Origin: an uncultured Actinomycetota bacterium
GTDB lineage: Bacteria > Actinomycetota > Actinomycetes > Propionibacteriales > Propionibacteriaceae
Reading direction: 5' to 3'
Assembly: GCA_963730005.1 (NCBI GenBank)
Contig: CAVSPO010000014.1
Span: 82,650-146,649 of the forward strand
Length of the DNA: 64,000 bases
Part shown: one piece after another, positions 1-10,692 of the stretch
How positions within the stretch are numbered: the first letter of the stretch is position 1
Layout of the letters: every line of letters begins with the position of its first letter
Notes under the pieces: generated by a model
Databases searched by the model: none
Told to the model about the DNA's origin: nothing
Seen by the model: only the letters and a program-made list of their open reading frames with translations
Made by a program: the position numbers and the translations under genes

Positions 1-1025
1 GCACCCGGGCCGAGAGCGGCACCGCGATCATCCTGTCGGTCAAGACCGGCGAGGTGCTGGCGATGGCCACCACGCCCGGTTACGACTCCAACGACCCAGG
101 GGCCTCGAAGCCGGACGATCTCGGCAACCGTGTGGTGTCCAGTTCATACGAGCCTGGCTCGGTCCAGAAAGTGTTGACCATGGCGGCCCTTGTCGATGCC
201 GGCCTGGTCACCACCGAAACCAGGGTGGAAGTCCCCGCAGCGCTGCCCTCGGGTGATCACAAGATCACCGATGCCTGGGACCACGACACGCTGTACATGA
301 CCACACGCGGCGTTCTGGTGAAAAGCTCGAACATCGGCACCGTCCTGTTGGCCCGGCAGCTGGACAAGGCCAGGATGCGCAGCTATCTGGCCGGTTTCGG
401 GCTGGGTTCGGCGACCGGCGTCGAGTTGCCAGGGGAAGGCACCGGCAAACTGGGCATCCTGCCCGACGCCGACATGCCCGACTACACCCGCGACCAGATC
501 TCCTTCGGCCAGGGTCTGTCAGTGACGGCACTCCAGGAGGCGGCCGCCGTGGCGGCCGTTGCCAACGGCGGCGTCTACAACCAACCCACGGTGATCCGGT
601 CTGCCACCGACGCCGACGGTGCTGCGGTTCCCGTTGAACGCAGCGAGCCGAGACGGGTGGTCAGCCAGGACGCCTCGACCCAGGTGCTCAACATGATGGA
701 AGGCGTCATCGCCGCACCGGAGTATGCGAAGGACCGCACCATTCCCGGCTATCGGGTTGGCGGCAAGTCGGGGACGGCCGAGCGCGTCGACAAGCGAACA
801 GGTCGCTACCGCGGCTACACCGCCAGCTTCGTGACGGTCGCACCCATCGAGGATCCGCAACTGCTCGTGTACGTTGTTCTGGACAATCCGGTCAACGGCC
901 ACGGCGGCTCAGCCGTCGCACTGCCGCCGGCGCGGGCATTGACCCAGGTGGCGTTGCCCAGATATGGCATAGCCCCTGCCGCAGAAGTGCCCGCGTACGA
1001 CTACCCTCTGAATTACCAACCGTGA
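1..1025 (+). CDS. ftsI: Penicillin-binding protein, FtsI/PBP3-type transpeptidase, C-terminal part (5' end outside window)
   Basis: Frame is open from the window edge (...SVKTGEVLAMATTPGYDSN). SxN (KSSNIG) and KSG (GGKSGTAE) transpeptidase motifs. Sits directly upstream of murE with a GTGA overlap. Confidence 0.85.
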   Translation, partial: TRAESGTAIILSVKTGEVLAMATTPGYDSNDPGASKPDDLGNRVVSSSYEPGSVQKVLTMAALVDAGLVTTETRVEVPAALPSGDHKITDAWDHDTLYMTTRGVLVKSSNIGTVLLARQLDKARMRSYLAGFGLGSATGVELPGEGTGKLGILPDADMPDYTRDQISFGQGLSVTALQEAAAVAAVANGGVYNQPTVIRSATDADGAAVPVERSEPRRVVSQDASTQVLNMMEGVIAAPEYAKDRTIPGYRVGGKSGTAERVDKRTGRYRGYTASFVTVAPIEDPQLLVYVVLDNPVNGHGGSAVALPPARALTQVALPRYGIAPAAEVPAYDYPLNYQP

Positions 1026-2686
1026 ACGAGCCGACCATGCCCAGTGCGACGGATGACGCCCAGCGTCCCTCGGCCAGGCCCCTGCGCCCCGAGACGACAG
1101 TCCAATCGTTGGTCACGTTGCTGGCGGGTCTGGAGGCCGCTCCGTTGCCGGGTCGCGACGACGACTGGTCGTGCCTCCAGATCCGCGGCGTCACTCTCGA
1201 CTCCAGGGGGGTTCAGCCAGGCGACCTCTACGTCGGCCTTCCCGGCACCCGCACGCACGGTGCCAGCTACGCGGCGCAGGCGGCCGCGGCCGGGGCGGCA
1301 GCCCTGCTGACCGATCCGCAGGGGGCCGAGCTCCTTGTCGCCGCGGACGCACCTGACTTGCCGGTTGCTGTGGTCGCCGAGCCGCGGCTGGTGATGGCTG
1401 AGGCTTCCGCCAGGCTCTTCGGCCACCCCACCCGAGACCTGGTGATGTTCGGTATCACCGGCACGAACGGCAAGACCACCACGATGTACCTGCTGGAAGC
1501 AGGACTGCGTGCCGCCGGGCGTCGCGTGGGCACCATCGGGACCATCGGGTTCCGTTTGGACGGCCGGACGCTGCCGTCGACCCGCGGCACGATCACCACC
1601 CCCGAATCGCCCGACCTGCAGGCGTTGTTCGCGGTGATGGCTCGCGGTGGCGCGGACTGCGTCGCCATGGAGGTCAGCTCACACGCGCTGGACCAGCACC
1701 GGGTCGCCGCCGTGGCATTCGACGTCGTCGGGTTCACCAACCTCGGCCGTGACCACCTGGACTACCACCCGACCATCGAGGACTACTTCGAGGCCAAGGC
1801 GAGGCTCTTCGCTCCCGACATGACGCGGCGCGCGGTGGTCAACGGGGATGACCCGCACGGCGTCGAACTCGTCCGGCGCGCGCTTGCCGCAGGTGGCCCC
1901 GGTGTCGCCACGGTGGGGTTCACGCCCGGTTGCGACTACCACATCAGGTCGTGGTCCGCCAACGATGAGGGCGGCGCGCACCTCGAGGTCGACCATGACG
2001 GGTGGGTCGGGGGTGCCAGCTTCGACATCGGGCTGCCCGGCGAGTACAACGTCTTCAACGCGGCGTTGGCCCTGGCCATGATCGACCAGGCCGGCATCGA
2101 CTGGCGGTCAGCGCTGGCAGGCCTGGCCCACGCGCAGGTGCCGGGCCGAATGCAGCGGGTCGTGCTGCCGGCAGGAGCACCTCGTGTCTACGTCGATTTC
2201 GCTCATACTCCGCAAGCCATCGCTGCCGCTCTGGGCGCCATCCAGGGCGGCCGGGTGATCGCAGTGTTGGGTGCGGGTGGAGACCGGGACGCCCGCAAGC
2301 GTGGCCCGATGGGCAGGGCAGCCGCACTGGGGGCGGACGTGGTGATCGTGACGGACGACAATCCTCGTACCGAGGATCCGGAGAGCATCCGGGCGGCTGT
2401 GCTCGCCGGGGCACAGGAGGTGGCGCAGCAGGGCAGGACGGTGGTCGTGCTCGATGGCGGCGACCGGCAGGCCGCCATCGGGTTGGCGTTGCAGGTGGCC
2501 AAGCGCGATGATGCGGTGGCGGTTCTGGGCAAGGGGCATGAGACCACCCAACTGCTGGCCGATCGTGCGGTTCATTTCGACGATGTCGAAGCGGTACGAC
2601 GAGCCTGGGCACAGATTCACGGCGGCTCCCAGAGCGCGCTCGACCACGGTGCCGAGGCTGGAACTCGAGGAAAAGAGGAACGATGA
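1022..2686 (+). CDS. murE: UDP-N-acetylmuramoyl-L-alanyl-D-glutamate--2,6-diaminopimelate ligase
   Basis: [12 protein letters not shown]-loop, DNPR motif (TDDNPRTEDP), dcw position. ATG at 1037 is an alternative start. Confidence 0.93.
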   Translation: MNEPTMPSATDDAQRPSARPLRPETTVQSLVTLLAGLEAAPLPGRDDDWSCLQIRGVTLDSRGVQPGDLYVGLPGTRTHGASYAAQAAAAGAAALLTDPQGAELLVAADAPDLPVAVVAEPRLVMAEASARLFGHPTRDLVMFGITGTNGKTTTMYLLEAGLRAAGRRVGTIGTIGFRLDGRTLPSTRGTITTPESPDLQALFAVMARGGADCVAMEVSSHALDQHRVAAVAFDVVGFTNLGRDHLDYHPTIEDYFEAKARLFAPDMTRRAVVNGDDPHGVELVRRALAAGGPGVATVGFTPGCDYHIRSWSANDEGGAHLEVDHDGWVGGASFDIGLPGEYNVFNAALALAMIDQAGIDWRSALAGLAHAQVPGRMQRVVLPAGAPRVYVDFAHTPQAIAAALGAIQGGRVIAVLGAGGDRDARKRGPMGRAAALGADVVIVTDDNPRTEDPESIRAAVLAGAQEVAQQGRTVVVLDGGDRQAAIGLALQVAKRDDAVAVLGKGHETTQLLADRAVHFDDVEAVRRAWAQIHGGSQSALDHGAEAGTRGKEER

Positions 2687-4128
2687 GACCCAGGACCGCA
2701 GCCGAGGTGGCTGAATTGGCCGGGGGCGCCGTGGTCGGTGACCCGGACGTGCTGGTGGGGCCGCGGGTGGTCATTGACAGCCGGGAGGCTGATCCGGGGT
2801 CGTTGTTCGTCGCCCTTCCCGGGGAACACGTCGACGGACACACGTTCACCTCCGCAGCCGCCGAGCACGGAGCGGTTGCGGCGCTGGTGACACAGCCCAC
2901 CGCTGCTTCCCTGGTGCAGATCGTGGTTGCCGACTGCGAGGCCGGCCTCAGTTCGTTGGCGCGTGGGGTGGTCGCCGACGCCAAGGCCAACCACGGCCTG
3001 GTCACGCTGGCGGTTACCGGCTCGAGCGGCAAGACGAGCACCAAGGACCTGCTGGCCCAGGTGCTGGAGTCGGTCGGCAACACGGTTGCCCCGCAGCGTT
3101 CCTTCAACAACGAGATTGGCGTCCCACTGACCGCGTGCGGAGTGGACGACACCACGAAGTACCTGGTCAGCGAGATGGGTGCCCGAGCCCCGGGCCAGCT
3201 GCGTTGGCTGGTCTCGCTGGTGCCGCCAACCGTCGCCGCTGTGCTGAACGTCGGTACCGCCCATCTGGGGGAGTTCGGCAGCAGGCAGGGGATCGCCCAG
3301 GCAAAGGGCGAGATCATCGAGGATCTGGGCGCGGACGACTGGGCCGTGCTGAACGCGGACGACCCGCTGGTGGCCAGCATGGCCACCCGCACCAGGGCCA
3401 ACATCGCCTGGTTCAGCATCAGTGACGGTCGATTGCCGGGCGGACCGCTGCTGGTTCGGGCCGCGGCCATCACTTCCAACGCCCTGGACCAGTACAGCTT
3501 CGATCTGGAGGTGGTGCGCGGCGATCAACTCGAGCGACACCCGGTGCACCTCGGGCTGATGGGCGCACACCAGGTGCCGAATGCCGCTGCCGCTGCGGCC
3601 ATGGCGATCGCGGCTGGGGTCGAGCCGCGGCACGTTGCCGACGCCCTGACCGCCGCGACCACCCGCTCGCATTGGCGGATGGAGCTGCACACCCTGAACA
3701 GCGGAGCTGCCATCATCAACGACGCCTACAACGCCAATCCGGACTCGGTGCTGGCTGCACTCGAGTCCTTGAGCCGTGTCGGCCTGCGCCGCAAAGCCGA
3801 ATTCCCGGGCGCCCGCACCATCGCCGTGATCGGCGACATGCTCGAGCTGGGGGAGGGGGCCCAGGAGCTGCACCGCCAGATCGGACGCGACGCGGGCGAA
3901 CGCGGCATCGATGAAGTGGTGGCAGTCGGCGAGCATGCTGCCCACATCGTGGCTGGCGCACTGGAGGCGGGTGTCGCGGCCCGGGTCTGCGCCAAGGCTG
4001 AGGTGGCCGGCTCGCTGGATCTGCATCAGGGCGACGTCGTGTTGGTCAAGGCCAGCCGCAGCCTCGCCCTCGAGGAAGTGGCCGACCAGTTGATCGACCG
4101 TGATCGCGCGGTGGAGGGCACTCGATGA
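2683..4128 (+). CDS. murF: UDP-N-acetylmuramoyl-tripeptide--D-alanyl-D-alanine ligase
   Basis: VTGSSGKTSTKD P-loop, Mur ligase architecture, ATGA overlap with murE, dcw order. Confidence 0.93.
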   Translation: MRPRTAAEVAELAGGAVVGDPDVLVGPRVVIDSREADPGSLFVALPGEHVDGHTFTSAAAEHGAVAALVTQPTAASLVQIVVADCEAGLSSLARGVVADAKANHGLVTLAVTGSSGKTSTKDLLAQVLESVGNTVAPQRSFNNEIGVPLTACGVDDTTKYLVSEMGARAPGQLRWLVSLVPPTVAAVLNVGTAHLGEFGSRQGIAQAKGEIIEDLGADDWAVLNADDPLVASMATRTRANIAWFSISDGRLPGGPLLVRAAAITSNALDQYSFDLEVVRGDQLERHPVHLGLMGAHQVPNAAAAAAMAIAAGVEPRHVADALTAATTRSHWRMELHTLNSGAAIINDAYNANPDSVLAALESLSRVGLRRKAEFPGARTIAVIGDMLELGEGAQELHRQIGRDAGERGIDEVVAVGEHAAHIVAGALEAGVAARVCAKAEVAGSLDLHQGDVVLVKASRSLALEEVADQLIDRDRAVEGTR

Positions 4129-5192
4129 CAACGATCCTGGGCGCGGGCTTTCTGGCGTTGTTCGTGACCCTGATCTTCACCAAGTTCTTCATCCGTCGGT
4201 TGCGCAGGAAGCAATACGGCCAGTACGTGCGCGACGATGGACCCACCACCCACAAGACCAAGCGCGGCACTCCGACCATGGGCGGGGTGATCATCGTGGT
4301 GGCGGTGGTGTTCGCCTACTTCCTGGCCCACCTGATCACCTGGGTGCCGCCTTCCTTGAGCGGCCTCCTGATCCTGGGCCTGCTGGTCTCCACGGCCATC
4401 CTGGGTTTCCTGGACGACTGGGCCAAGATCAGCAACCAGCGGTCTTTGGGCCTGTCCCCGCGCGGCAAGCTGATTGGCCAGGGCCTGATCGGGGTTGTTT
4501 TCGGTCTGGCGTCCCTCAACTTCCCGGACGGGCGCGGCGTGACCCCGGCTTCGAGCGCCATTTCCTTCACCCGAGACATCGAATGGTTACGGATGCCTCT
4601 CGTGGTCGCCATCGTGTGGATGACCCTGTTGATCACGGCCGCCTCCAACGCCGTCAATCTGACCGACGGGCTGGACGGGCTGGCCACCGGGTCGGCCACC
4701 ATGGTGTTCGCCGTCTACGCCATCATCAACGTCTGGCAGCGCAATCAGTGGTGCGCCTTGGCGTCGACCAGCGGCCCGATGTGCTACGAGGTCCGCGATC
4801 CGTACGACCTGGCCGTGGTGTCGGTGGCCCTGGCTGCCGCCTGCTTCGGTTTCCTGTGGTGGAATGCCAAACCCGCCGAGATCTTCCTGGGTGACACCGG
4901 CTCACTGGCACTGGGTGCAGCCATGGGCGGGCTGGCGATCTTCACCCGCACCGAGCTGCTGTTGGTGATGGTCGGCGGTCTGTTCGTGATCGAGACCCTG
5001 TCGGTGCTGATCCAGGTGGCCTATTTCAAGATGACCCGCAAGCGTGTGTTCCGGATGGCACCGCTGCATCACCACTTCGAATTGCTGGGCTGGGAAGAAG
5101 TGACCGTGGTGATCCGTTTCTGGATCATCTGCGGTGTCTTCGTCACCAGCGGGGTGGGGTTGTTCTACGCCAACTGGGTGATCGGGCTGTGA
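4125..5192 (+). CDS. mraY: Phospho-N-acetylmuramoyl-pentapeptide transferase
   Basis: Polytopic membrane protein with [10 protein letters not shown] and [13 protein letters not shown] motifs. Overlaps the murF stop. Confidence 0.95.
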   Translation: MTTILGAGFLALFVTLIFTKFFIRRLRRKQYGQYVRDDGPTTHKTKRGTPTMGGVIIVVAVVFAYFLAHLITWVPPSLSGLLILGLLVSTAILGFLDDWAKISNQRSLGLSPRGKLIGQGLIGVVFGLASLNFPDGRGVTPASSAISFTRDIEWLRMPLVVAIVWMTLLITAASNAVNLTDGLDGLATGSATMVFAVYAIINVWQRNQWCALASTSGPMCYEVRDPYDLAVVSVALAAACFGFLWWNAKPAEIFLGDTGSLALGAAMGGLAIFTRTELLLVMVGGLFVIETLSVLIQVAYFKMTRKRVFRMAPLHHHFELLGWEEVTVVIRFWIICGVFVTSGVGLFYANWVIGL

Positions 5193-6667
5193 CCGCCTCC
5201 CAATGGCTGGCAACAGCCGACCGTCGTGCCCCCTGGCCGCAGGCCCAAGTGGTGGTAGCCGGTCTCGGGTCGGCAGGCTATGCCTGCGCCGACGCACTTC
5301 TGGAGCTGGGCGCCACGGTGCTGGTGGTGGACGACAACGACTCCGACGCCTACACCGGTAAGGCTCAGGTGCTGGAGTTGCTCGGAGCTGACGTTCGTCT
5401 GGGCCCAGGTTCGTCCGCCGCTGCCTTGAGCGGGCGCACCGACCTGTTGGTGGTGTCGCCGGGCTGGCGTCCGGTGTGGCCGTTGCCTGCACAGGCCGCG
5501 GCGCGCGGTCTGCCGATCTGGGGAGATGTCGAGTTGGCCTGGCGGCTGCAGTTCCCCGACCGCGTGGTGCCCTGGCTGGGCGTCACCGGCACCAATGGCA
5601 AGACAACCACCACCCAGATGCTGGCCTCGATGCTGGCCGCCGATGGCCTGAAGGTGGCCGCAGTCGGCAACATCGGACGCCCGATCGTGGAGGCCCTGAA
5701 CGACGGGGTCGACTACGACGTTCTTGCCGTTGAACTGTCCAGCTTCCAGCTGCACTGGGCCCACTCGCTCAGCCTGCACTCGGCCGCTGTGCTGAACCTG
5801 CACGCCGACCACCTGGAGTGGTACGAAACGCCCGACCACGACACATCCAGAGCCGAGGCCGCCTACTTCGCCGACAAGGCCAGGATCTACCACCGGGTTT
5901 CGCACAGCTGTGTCTACAACGTCGCCGAGCCCGGCACCGAGCAGATGGTCAGGGACGCGGACGTTGTCGAGGGTGCCCGCGCCATCGGCTTCACGCTCGG
6001 GGTGCCCGGGCCCGGCATGCTCGGCGTGGTCGACGACCTGCTTGTTGATCGGGCCTTCGTGGCCGAGCGCGCCACGTCGGCGCTGCCGCTGGCCGAACTG
6101 GGCGACGTCCAGCCCCACGCGCCCCACAACGTTGAGAACGCGCTTGCCGCCGCGGCCTTGGCTCGCAGCTTCGGAGTGCGTGCCGGCTCTGTCGGCCAAG
6201 GGTTGCGAGACCTGCATCTGGGCGGCCACCGGATCCAGACGGTGGCTGTCCGCGGCGGTGTTCGTTGGGTGGACGACTCCAAGGCGACGAACCCGCACGC
6301 CGCCAATTCGTCGATGCGCGCCTTCGACTCCATCGTGTGGATCGCCGGCGGGCAGGCCAAGGGCACCACCTTCGACGAGCTGGTGACAGACCATGCGTCC
6401 CGGCTGCGGGGCGCTGTGCTGTTGGGCGTCGATCGTCGCCAGATCGCCGACGCCCTCGCCCGACACGCGCCCGAGGTCCCCGTCGTCCTGATCGATCGGT
6501 CCGACACTGGAGCCATGGTCGATGCGGTCACCGCGGCAGCTCGGCTGGCACAGGAGGGCGACACCGTGCTGTTGGCCCCAGGGTGCGCCAGCCGGGACAT
6601 GTGGACCGGGTACGACGCCAGGGGTGACGACTTCGAAAAAGCAGTCAAGGGCCTCGACCGGCAGTGA
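5189..6667 (+). CDS. murD: UDP-N-acetylmuramoylalanine--D-glutamate ligase
   Basis: [12 protein letters not shown]-loop, GTGA overlap with mraY, dcw order. Confidence 0.93.
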   Translation: MTASQWLATADRRAPWPQAQVVVAGLGSAGYACADALLELGATVLVVDDNDSDAYTGKAQVLELLGADVRLGPGSSAAALSGRTDLLVVSPGWRPVWPLPAQAAARGLPIWGDVELAWRLQFPDRVVPWLGVTGTNGKTTTTQMLASMLAADGLKVAAVGNIGRPIVEALNDGVDYDVLAVELSSFQLHWAHSLSLHSAAVLNLHADHLEWYETPDHDTSRAEAAYFADKARIYHRVSHSCVYNVAEPGTEQMVRDADVVEGARAIGFTLGVPGPGMLGVVDDLLVDRAFVAERATSALPLAELGDVQPHAPHNVENALAAAALARSFGVRAGSVGQGLRDLHLGGHRIQTVAVRGGVRWVDDSKATNPHAANSSMRAFDSIVWIAGGQAKGTTFDELVTDHASRLRGAVLLGVDRRQIADALARHAPEVPVVLIDRSDTGAMVDAVTAAARLAQEGDTVLLAPGCASRDMWTGYDARGDDFEKAVKGLDRQ

Positions 6668-6698
6668 TGCGGACGACAGATCAGAAGGGACGGGATCG

Positions 6699-7982
6699 GT
6701 GACCACCATCAGCTCGCGTCGACCGTCCCACACCCGTCACTCGGCACCATCCGTCAACGTCTCGAAGGAGCGTGCAGCTGACGACTCCCCACTGGCCGAC
6801 GTGTTGACCCATCCACTGGCGAACTACTACCTCGTTCTGGTGAGCGCCCTGCTGCTGGTGGCGGTCGGCCTGATGATGGTGCTGTCCTCGTCATCGGCGT
6901 ACGCGCAGGCGTCGGGCTATTCCAGCTACTACTACCTGCAGAAGCAGCTGGTGTTCCTGGCGGTCGGTATCCCGATGGCCGCGGTGGTGTCGCGTTGCAA
7001 CCAGAGAGCACTCAAGGCATTCGGGTGGGTCGGAATCGTCGCGTCCATCGTGATGCTGGTTCTGGTGGTTGTGCCCGGCTTGGGCCTGGGCGTGGAGGTC
7101 AACGGCAACCGTGCCTGGCTCGATCTCGGCTTCACCACGGTACAACCCAGTGAGTTCGCCAAGGTGTGCCTGGTGCTGTGGTCCGCCGCTGTGTTGTCCA
7201 ACCGAACGCGAACGCTGGACCAGCCGAAGCGATTGCTGTTCCCACTGCTGCTCGTGATGGGCACCGTGCTGCTGTTGGTGCTCGCCGAGCGCGACCTGGG
7301 CACCGCGCTCGTCATGTGCGTGATCTGCTCCGCGATTCTGTGGTTCGTCGGCACACCCGCGAAGGTGCTGATGCTGATGGGCGGCGTCGTGGCAGCGGGC
7401 GTGGGCGTGTTGGTCGTGACCAGCGCGGAGCGGATGGCGCGCATCCGTGCATTTCTGGGGCACGGCGAAGCGGGCGGGGCGTCGACCAGCGATCAACCGC
7501 TCAACGCCATCTATGCACTGGCCTCGGGTGGCTGGTGGGGCGTGGGTCTGGGCTCAGGGCGGCAGAAGTGGGGCGGTCTGTACAACGGTGCCTACACGGA
7601 CTACGTCTTCGCAGTGCTGGGGGAAGAGCTTGGCCTGCTCGGCACCCTGAGCGTCATCATCTTGTTTCTGGCGCTCGGCTTCGCGGGCATTCGAATCGCC
7701 ATGCGTTCCAGCGGCTTGTTCCTCCAGATCGCCGCTGGTGGCATGGCGGCCTGGCTGGTGAGCCAGGCGTTCATCAACATCTGTGTGGCGATGGGCTTGC
7801 TGCCCGTGCTCGGCGTGCCGTTGCCGTTCATCTCCTACGGTGGGTCGTCCCTGCTGGCGAACCTGCTGGCGGTGGGAGTGTTGCTGGCCTGCGCGCGTCA
7901 GGAGCCGGCGGCGCGCGCGGCTCTATCGCGAAAACCACTGGAACGTCCGCGCGTGACGGGCGTGGTGGCCGCCGCCCGCTGA
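6699..7982 (+). CDS. ftsW: SEDS-family cell-division protein FtsW (peptidoglycan glycosyltransferase / lipid II-associated)
   Basis: Multi-TM FtsW/RodA/SpoVE-like sequence. The track ORF starts at 6522, inside murD. I prefer the in-frame GTG at 6699, which follows GAAGGGA (6684-6690). Confidence 0.88.
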   Translation: MTTISSRRPSHTRHSAPSVNVSKERAADDSPLADVLTHPLANYYLVLVSALLLVAVGLMMVLSSSSAYAQASGYSSYYYLQKQLVFLAVGIPMAAVVSRCNQRALKAFGWVGIVASIVMLVLVVVPGLGLGVEVNGNRAWLDLGFTTVQPSEFAKVCLVLWSAAVLSNRTRTLDQPKRLLFPLLLVMGTVLLLVLAERDLGTALVMCVICSAILWFVGTPAKVLMLMGGVVAAGVGVLVVTSAERMARIRAFLGHGEAGGASTSDQPLNAIYALASGGWWGVGLGSGRQKWGGLYNGAYTDYVFAVLGEELGLLGTLSVIILFLALGFAGIRIAMRSSGLFLQIAAGGMAAWLVSQAFINICVAMGLLPVLGVPLPFISYGGSSLLANLLAVGVLLACARQEPAARAALSRKPLERPRVTGVVAAAR

Positions 7983-8067
7983 GGCGCCGCGCCGAGGCTG
8001 GCTGGTGTCAACGGTGCCGTGACGGTGGGAGACTGGGTCCGACCCAGCAAGGAACGAGGTCCGAACA

Positions 8068-9279
8068 ATGCTGAATGTGGTGCTGGCCGGTGGTGGCACA
8101 GCGGGGCACACCTCCCCGCTGTTGGCCACCGCCGAGGCCCTCCGGGCTGCTCGGCCGGACGTGCGACTGACCTGCATCGGCACCTCCAGGGGCCTGGAGA
8201 CCAAGGTGATCCCCGAGGCTGGCCTTGAGCTGAAACTGATCCCCGCCGTACCTCTGCCCCGCAAGCCCAACCTTGATTTGTTGAAGGTTCCGGCACGGCT
8301 GGCGGGGGCCGTCGCGCAAGCCGGCCGGATTCTCGTCGAAGCAGAGGCGGACGTCCTGGTCGGCTTTGGTGGCTATGTCTCGATGCCCGCCTACCTCGCT
8401 GCCCGGCGCGCTGGCATCCCGATCGTCATCCAGGAACAGAATGCCGTGCCGGGGCTGGCCAACAGGGTGGCCGCCCACTTCGCCGCGCGAGTGTTGGTCA
8501 GCTTTCCGGACACACCTTTGCCGGGCGCCGAATTCTCCGGCATGCCGGTGCGGGCCGCGATCACCAAGCTCGCCAGCGCCGGACGAACCGCAGCTCAGCC
8601 GCAGGCCCGAGCGGCGCTGGGGCTGCGGGACGACCAGCCCGTGCTGTTGGTCAGCGGCGGCTCTCAGGGTGCTCGCCGGCTGAACAACGCCCTCGTGGCG
8701 GCGAAAACCGACCTGCTGGGCGCCGGCGTGCAGATCGTGCACATCTGGGGCCCCAAGAACTTCGATGACAGCCACGTCGTGGAGACCGACGCCCACACCG
8801 GCGCTGGGTACCACCCGCTGGCCTATGTCGATCAGATGGAGCTTGTCTACGCGGCAGCCGACCTGATGCTGGCCCGCTGTGGGGCGGGTACCGTCGTCGA
8901 GACTGCCGTTGTCGGCCTGCCGGCCATCTTCGTGCCGCTGCCGATCGGCAACGGCGAACAGGCTCGCAACGCGGCTTCGGTGGTGGCGGCCGGCGGCGCA
9001 GTGCTGGTGCCTGACGACGAGCTGGACGGCTCCCGACTGCTCGGTGAGGCGCTGCCGCGCATCCTTGATTCGTCGCAGCTCGCCCGGATGAGTGCTGCCG
9101 AGCAGCGCTTGATGCCCACGGGTGCTGCCGAGCGGGTTGCTGCGGTCGTTCTGGAGGCCGCCGAAGACCCAGGCAGGACTGTTCCCGGCGGGCTGATCCG
9201 GGGCGTGGCACGAACCGCAATCGACGGGTTCGGTGCCCGATTGCGAAAGCTGGCAAGGCTGAGGAAGGACACAAAGTGA
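8068..9279 (+). CDS. murG: Undecaprenyldiphospho-muramoylpentapeptide beta-N-acetylglucosaminyltransferase
   Basis: N-terminal GGGTAGH motif, GT28 architecture, dcw order. Short basic C-terminal extension. Confidence 0.93.
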   Translation: MLNVVLAGGGTAGHTSPLLATAEALRAARPDVRLTCIGTSRGLETKVIPEAGLELKLIPAVPLPRKPNLDLLKVPARLAGAVAQAGRILVEAEADVLVGFGGYVSMPAYLAARRAGIPIVIQEQNAVPGLANRVAAHFAARVLVSFPDTPLPGAEFSGMPVRAAITKLASAGRTAAQPQARAALGLRDDQPVLLVSGGSQGARRLNNALVAAKTDLLGAGVQIVHIWGPKNFDDSHVVETDAHTGAGYHPLAYVDQMELVYAAADLMLARCGAGTVVETAVVGLPAIFVPLPIGNGEQARNAASVVAAGGAVLVPDDELDGSRLLGEALPRILDSSQLARMSAAEQRLMPTGAAERVAAVVLEAAEDPGRTVPGGLIRGVARTAIDGFGARLRKLARLRKDTK

Positions 9280-10682
9280 CGTTGCGTGAACCCCGACCGG
9301 TGGTTCCGGCCGAGCAGGCAGGAGCCGTGCATTTCATCGCGATCGGTGGCGCAGGCATGAGCGGTATTGCCCAGCTCTTCCACGAGCGCGGCCTGCCGGT
9401 CTCTGGTTGTGACCAGCTGGATTCGGTCACGTTGCGCAACCTCGGCCAGGAAGGCATCGAGGTTCATGTCGGTCACGATCCGGCGCAGCTGGACGGGGTG
9501 GACACCGTGGTGGTGTCGACCGCCATCAGACAGGACAACGTCGAGCTGGTGGCTGCCCGGCAACGCGGGTTGCGCGTGTGGCACCGGAGCGAGGCCCTGG
9601 CAGCGCTGATGGTGGGCAGGACCGGCATAGCCGTCGCCGGCACCCATGGCAAGACCACCACCACTGGCCTGGTGGCCACGCTGCTGCAAGCTGCCGGCGC
9701 AGACCCCAGCTATGTGATCGGGGCGCCGCTGGCCAGCTCGGGACGCAGTGCGCACCTGGGTTCGGGGGACTGCTTCGTTGTCGAGGCCGACGAGTCCGAC
9801 GGTTCGTTCCTGCAGTATCCTGCCCGGATCGTCGTCATCACCAACGTCGAGGCTGACCATCTCGACAACTGGGGCGATTCGCGGCACTACGCCGCGGGCT
9901 TCAAGCGTTTCGCCACCCAGCCGCTGGTGGAAGCCGTCATCATCAACCACGATGACCCAGGCGCCCGCGAGTTGGCCGAGGAGCTGCGGTCCGACGACAG
10001 TCCGCGACGAATCCTCACCTACGGCGAGTCCGCGGGCAGCGACATCCGGCTGGTGGGGTTGGCCTACCGGGGCGTCACCGCCTCTGCGACCCTGGTGACC
10101 GCTGACGGAAATCAGGTCCTTGAGCTGCAGGTGCCGGGCCGGCACAACCTTGCCAACGCCGTGGCCGCCTACGCAGTGGGACGCCTGCTCGGGCTGGACG
10201 CCAACGCCCTGCTGCAGGGTGCCCAGCAGTTCACCGGCACCTTGCGCCGATTCCAACCGGTGGCGGACGTTGCCGGGGTTCGCATCTACGACGACTATGC
10301 GCATCACCCCACCGAGATCCGCGCCGCGCTGTCCGCAGCTCGTCGGGTGGCCGGCTCGGGCCGGCTGATCGCCTGCTTCCAGCCACATCTGTACAGCCGG
10401 ACGGTGCAGTTCGCCGACCAGTTCGGCGAAGCGCTCACCCTGGCTGACGTGGTGGTGGTCAGCGACATCTACGGGTCGCGAGAGGACCCACTGCCCGGAG
10501 TCACCGGACGACTCGTTGCCGACGCCGCTGCGCAGCGCGGGGCCCAGACCCACTACGTTCCGGCCAAGGCCGACCTTCCGGCTGCCTTGCAGCAACTGGT
10601 ACGCCCCGGCGATCTGGTGATGACGCTCGGGGCAGGGGACGTCACCATCGTTGGGCCGATGCTGGCCAAGCTCCTGGCCTGA
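9276..10682 (+). CDS. murC: UDP-N-acetylmuramate--L-alanine ligase
   Basis: IGGAGMSGIA Rossmann motif, GTHGKTTTT P-loop, GTGA overlap with murG. Confidence 0.93.
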   Translation: MTLREPRPVVPAEQAGAVHFIAIGGAGMSGIAQLFHERGLPVSGCDQLDSVTLRNLGQEGIEVHVGHDPAQLDGVDTVVVSTAIRQDNVELVAARQRGLRVWHRSEALAALMVGRTGIAVAGTHGKTTTTGLVATLLQAAGADPSYVIGAPLASSGRSAHLGSGDCFVVEADESDGSFLQYPARIVVITNVEADHLDNWGDSRHYAAGFKRFATQPLVEAVIINHDDPGARELAEELRSDDSPRRILTYGESAGSDIRLVGLAYRGVTASATLVTADGNQVLELQVPGRHNLANAVAAYAVGRLLGLDANALLQGAQQFTGTLRRFQPVADVAGVRIYDDYAHHPTEIRAALSAARRVAGSGRLIACFQPHLYSRTVQFADQFGEALTLADVVVVSDIYGSREDPLPGVTGRLVADAAAQRGAQTHYVPAKADLPAALQQLVRPGDLVMTLGAGDVTIVGPMLAKLLA

Positions 10683-10692
10683 GGTTCCAGCT

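Noticed and set aside
6522-6698. N-terminally over-extended track ORFs that overlap the preceding gene: ftsW from 6522, ftsQ 10651, sepF 13654, yggT 14156, TerC 28712, yvcK 37386, sufB 48631, sufC 51304, sufT 53751, gltB 62869.
   Set aside because: In each case an internal in-frame start with an SD, a 4-nt overlap or an N-terminal homology fit explains the gene better. The extensions translate to low-complexity sequence.
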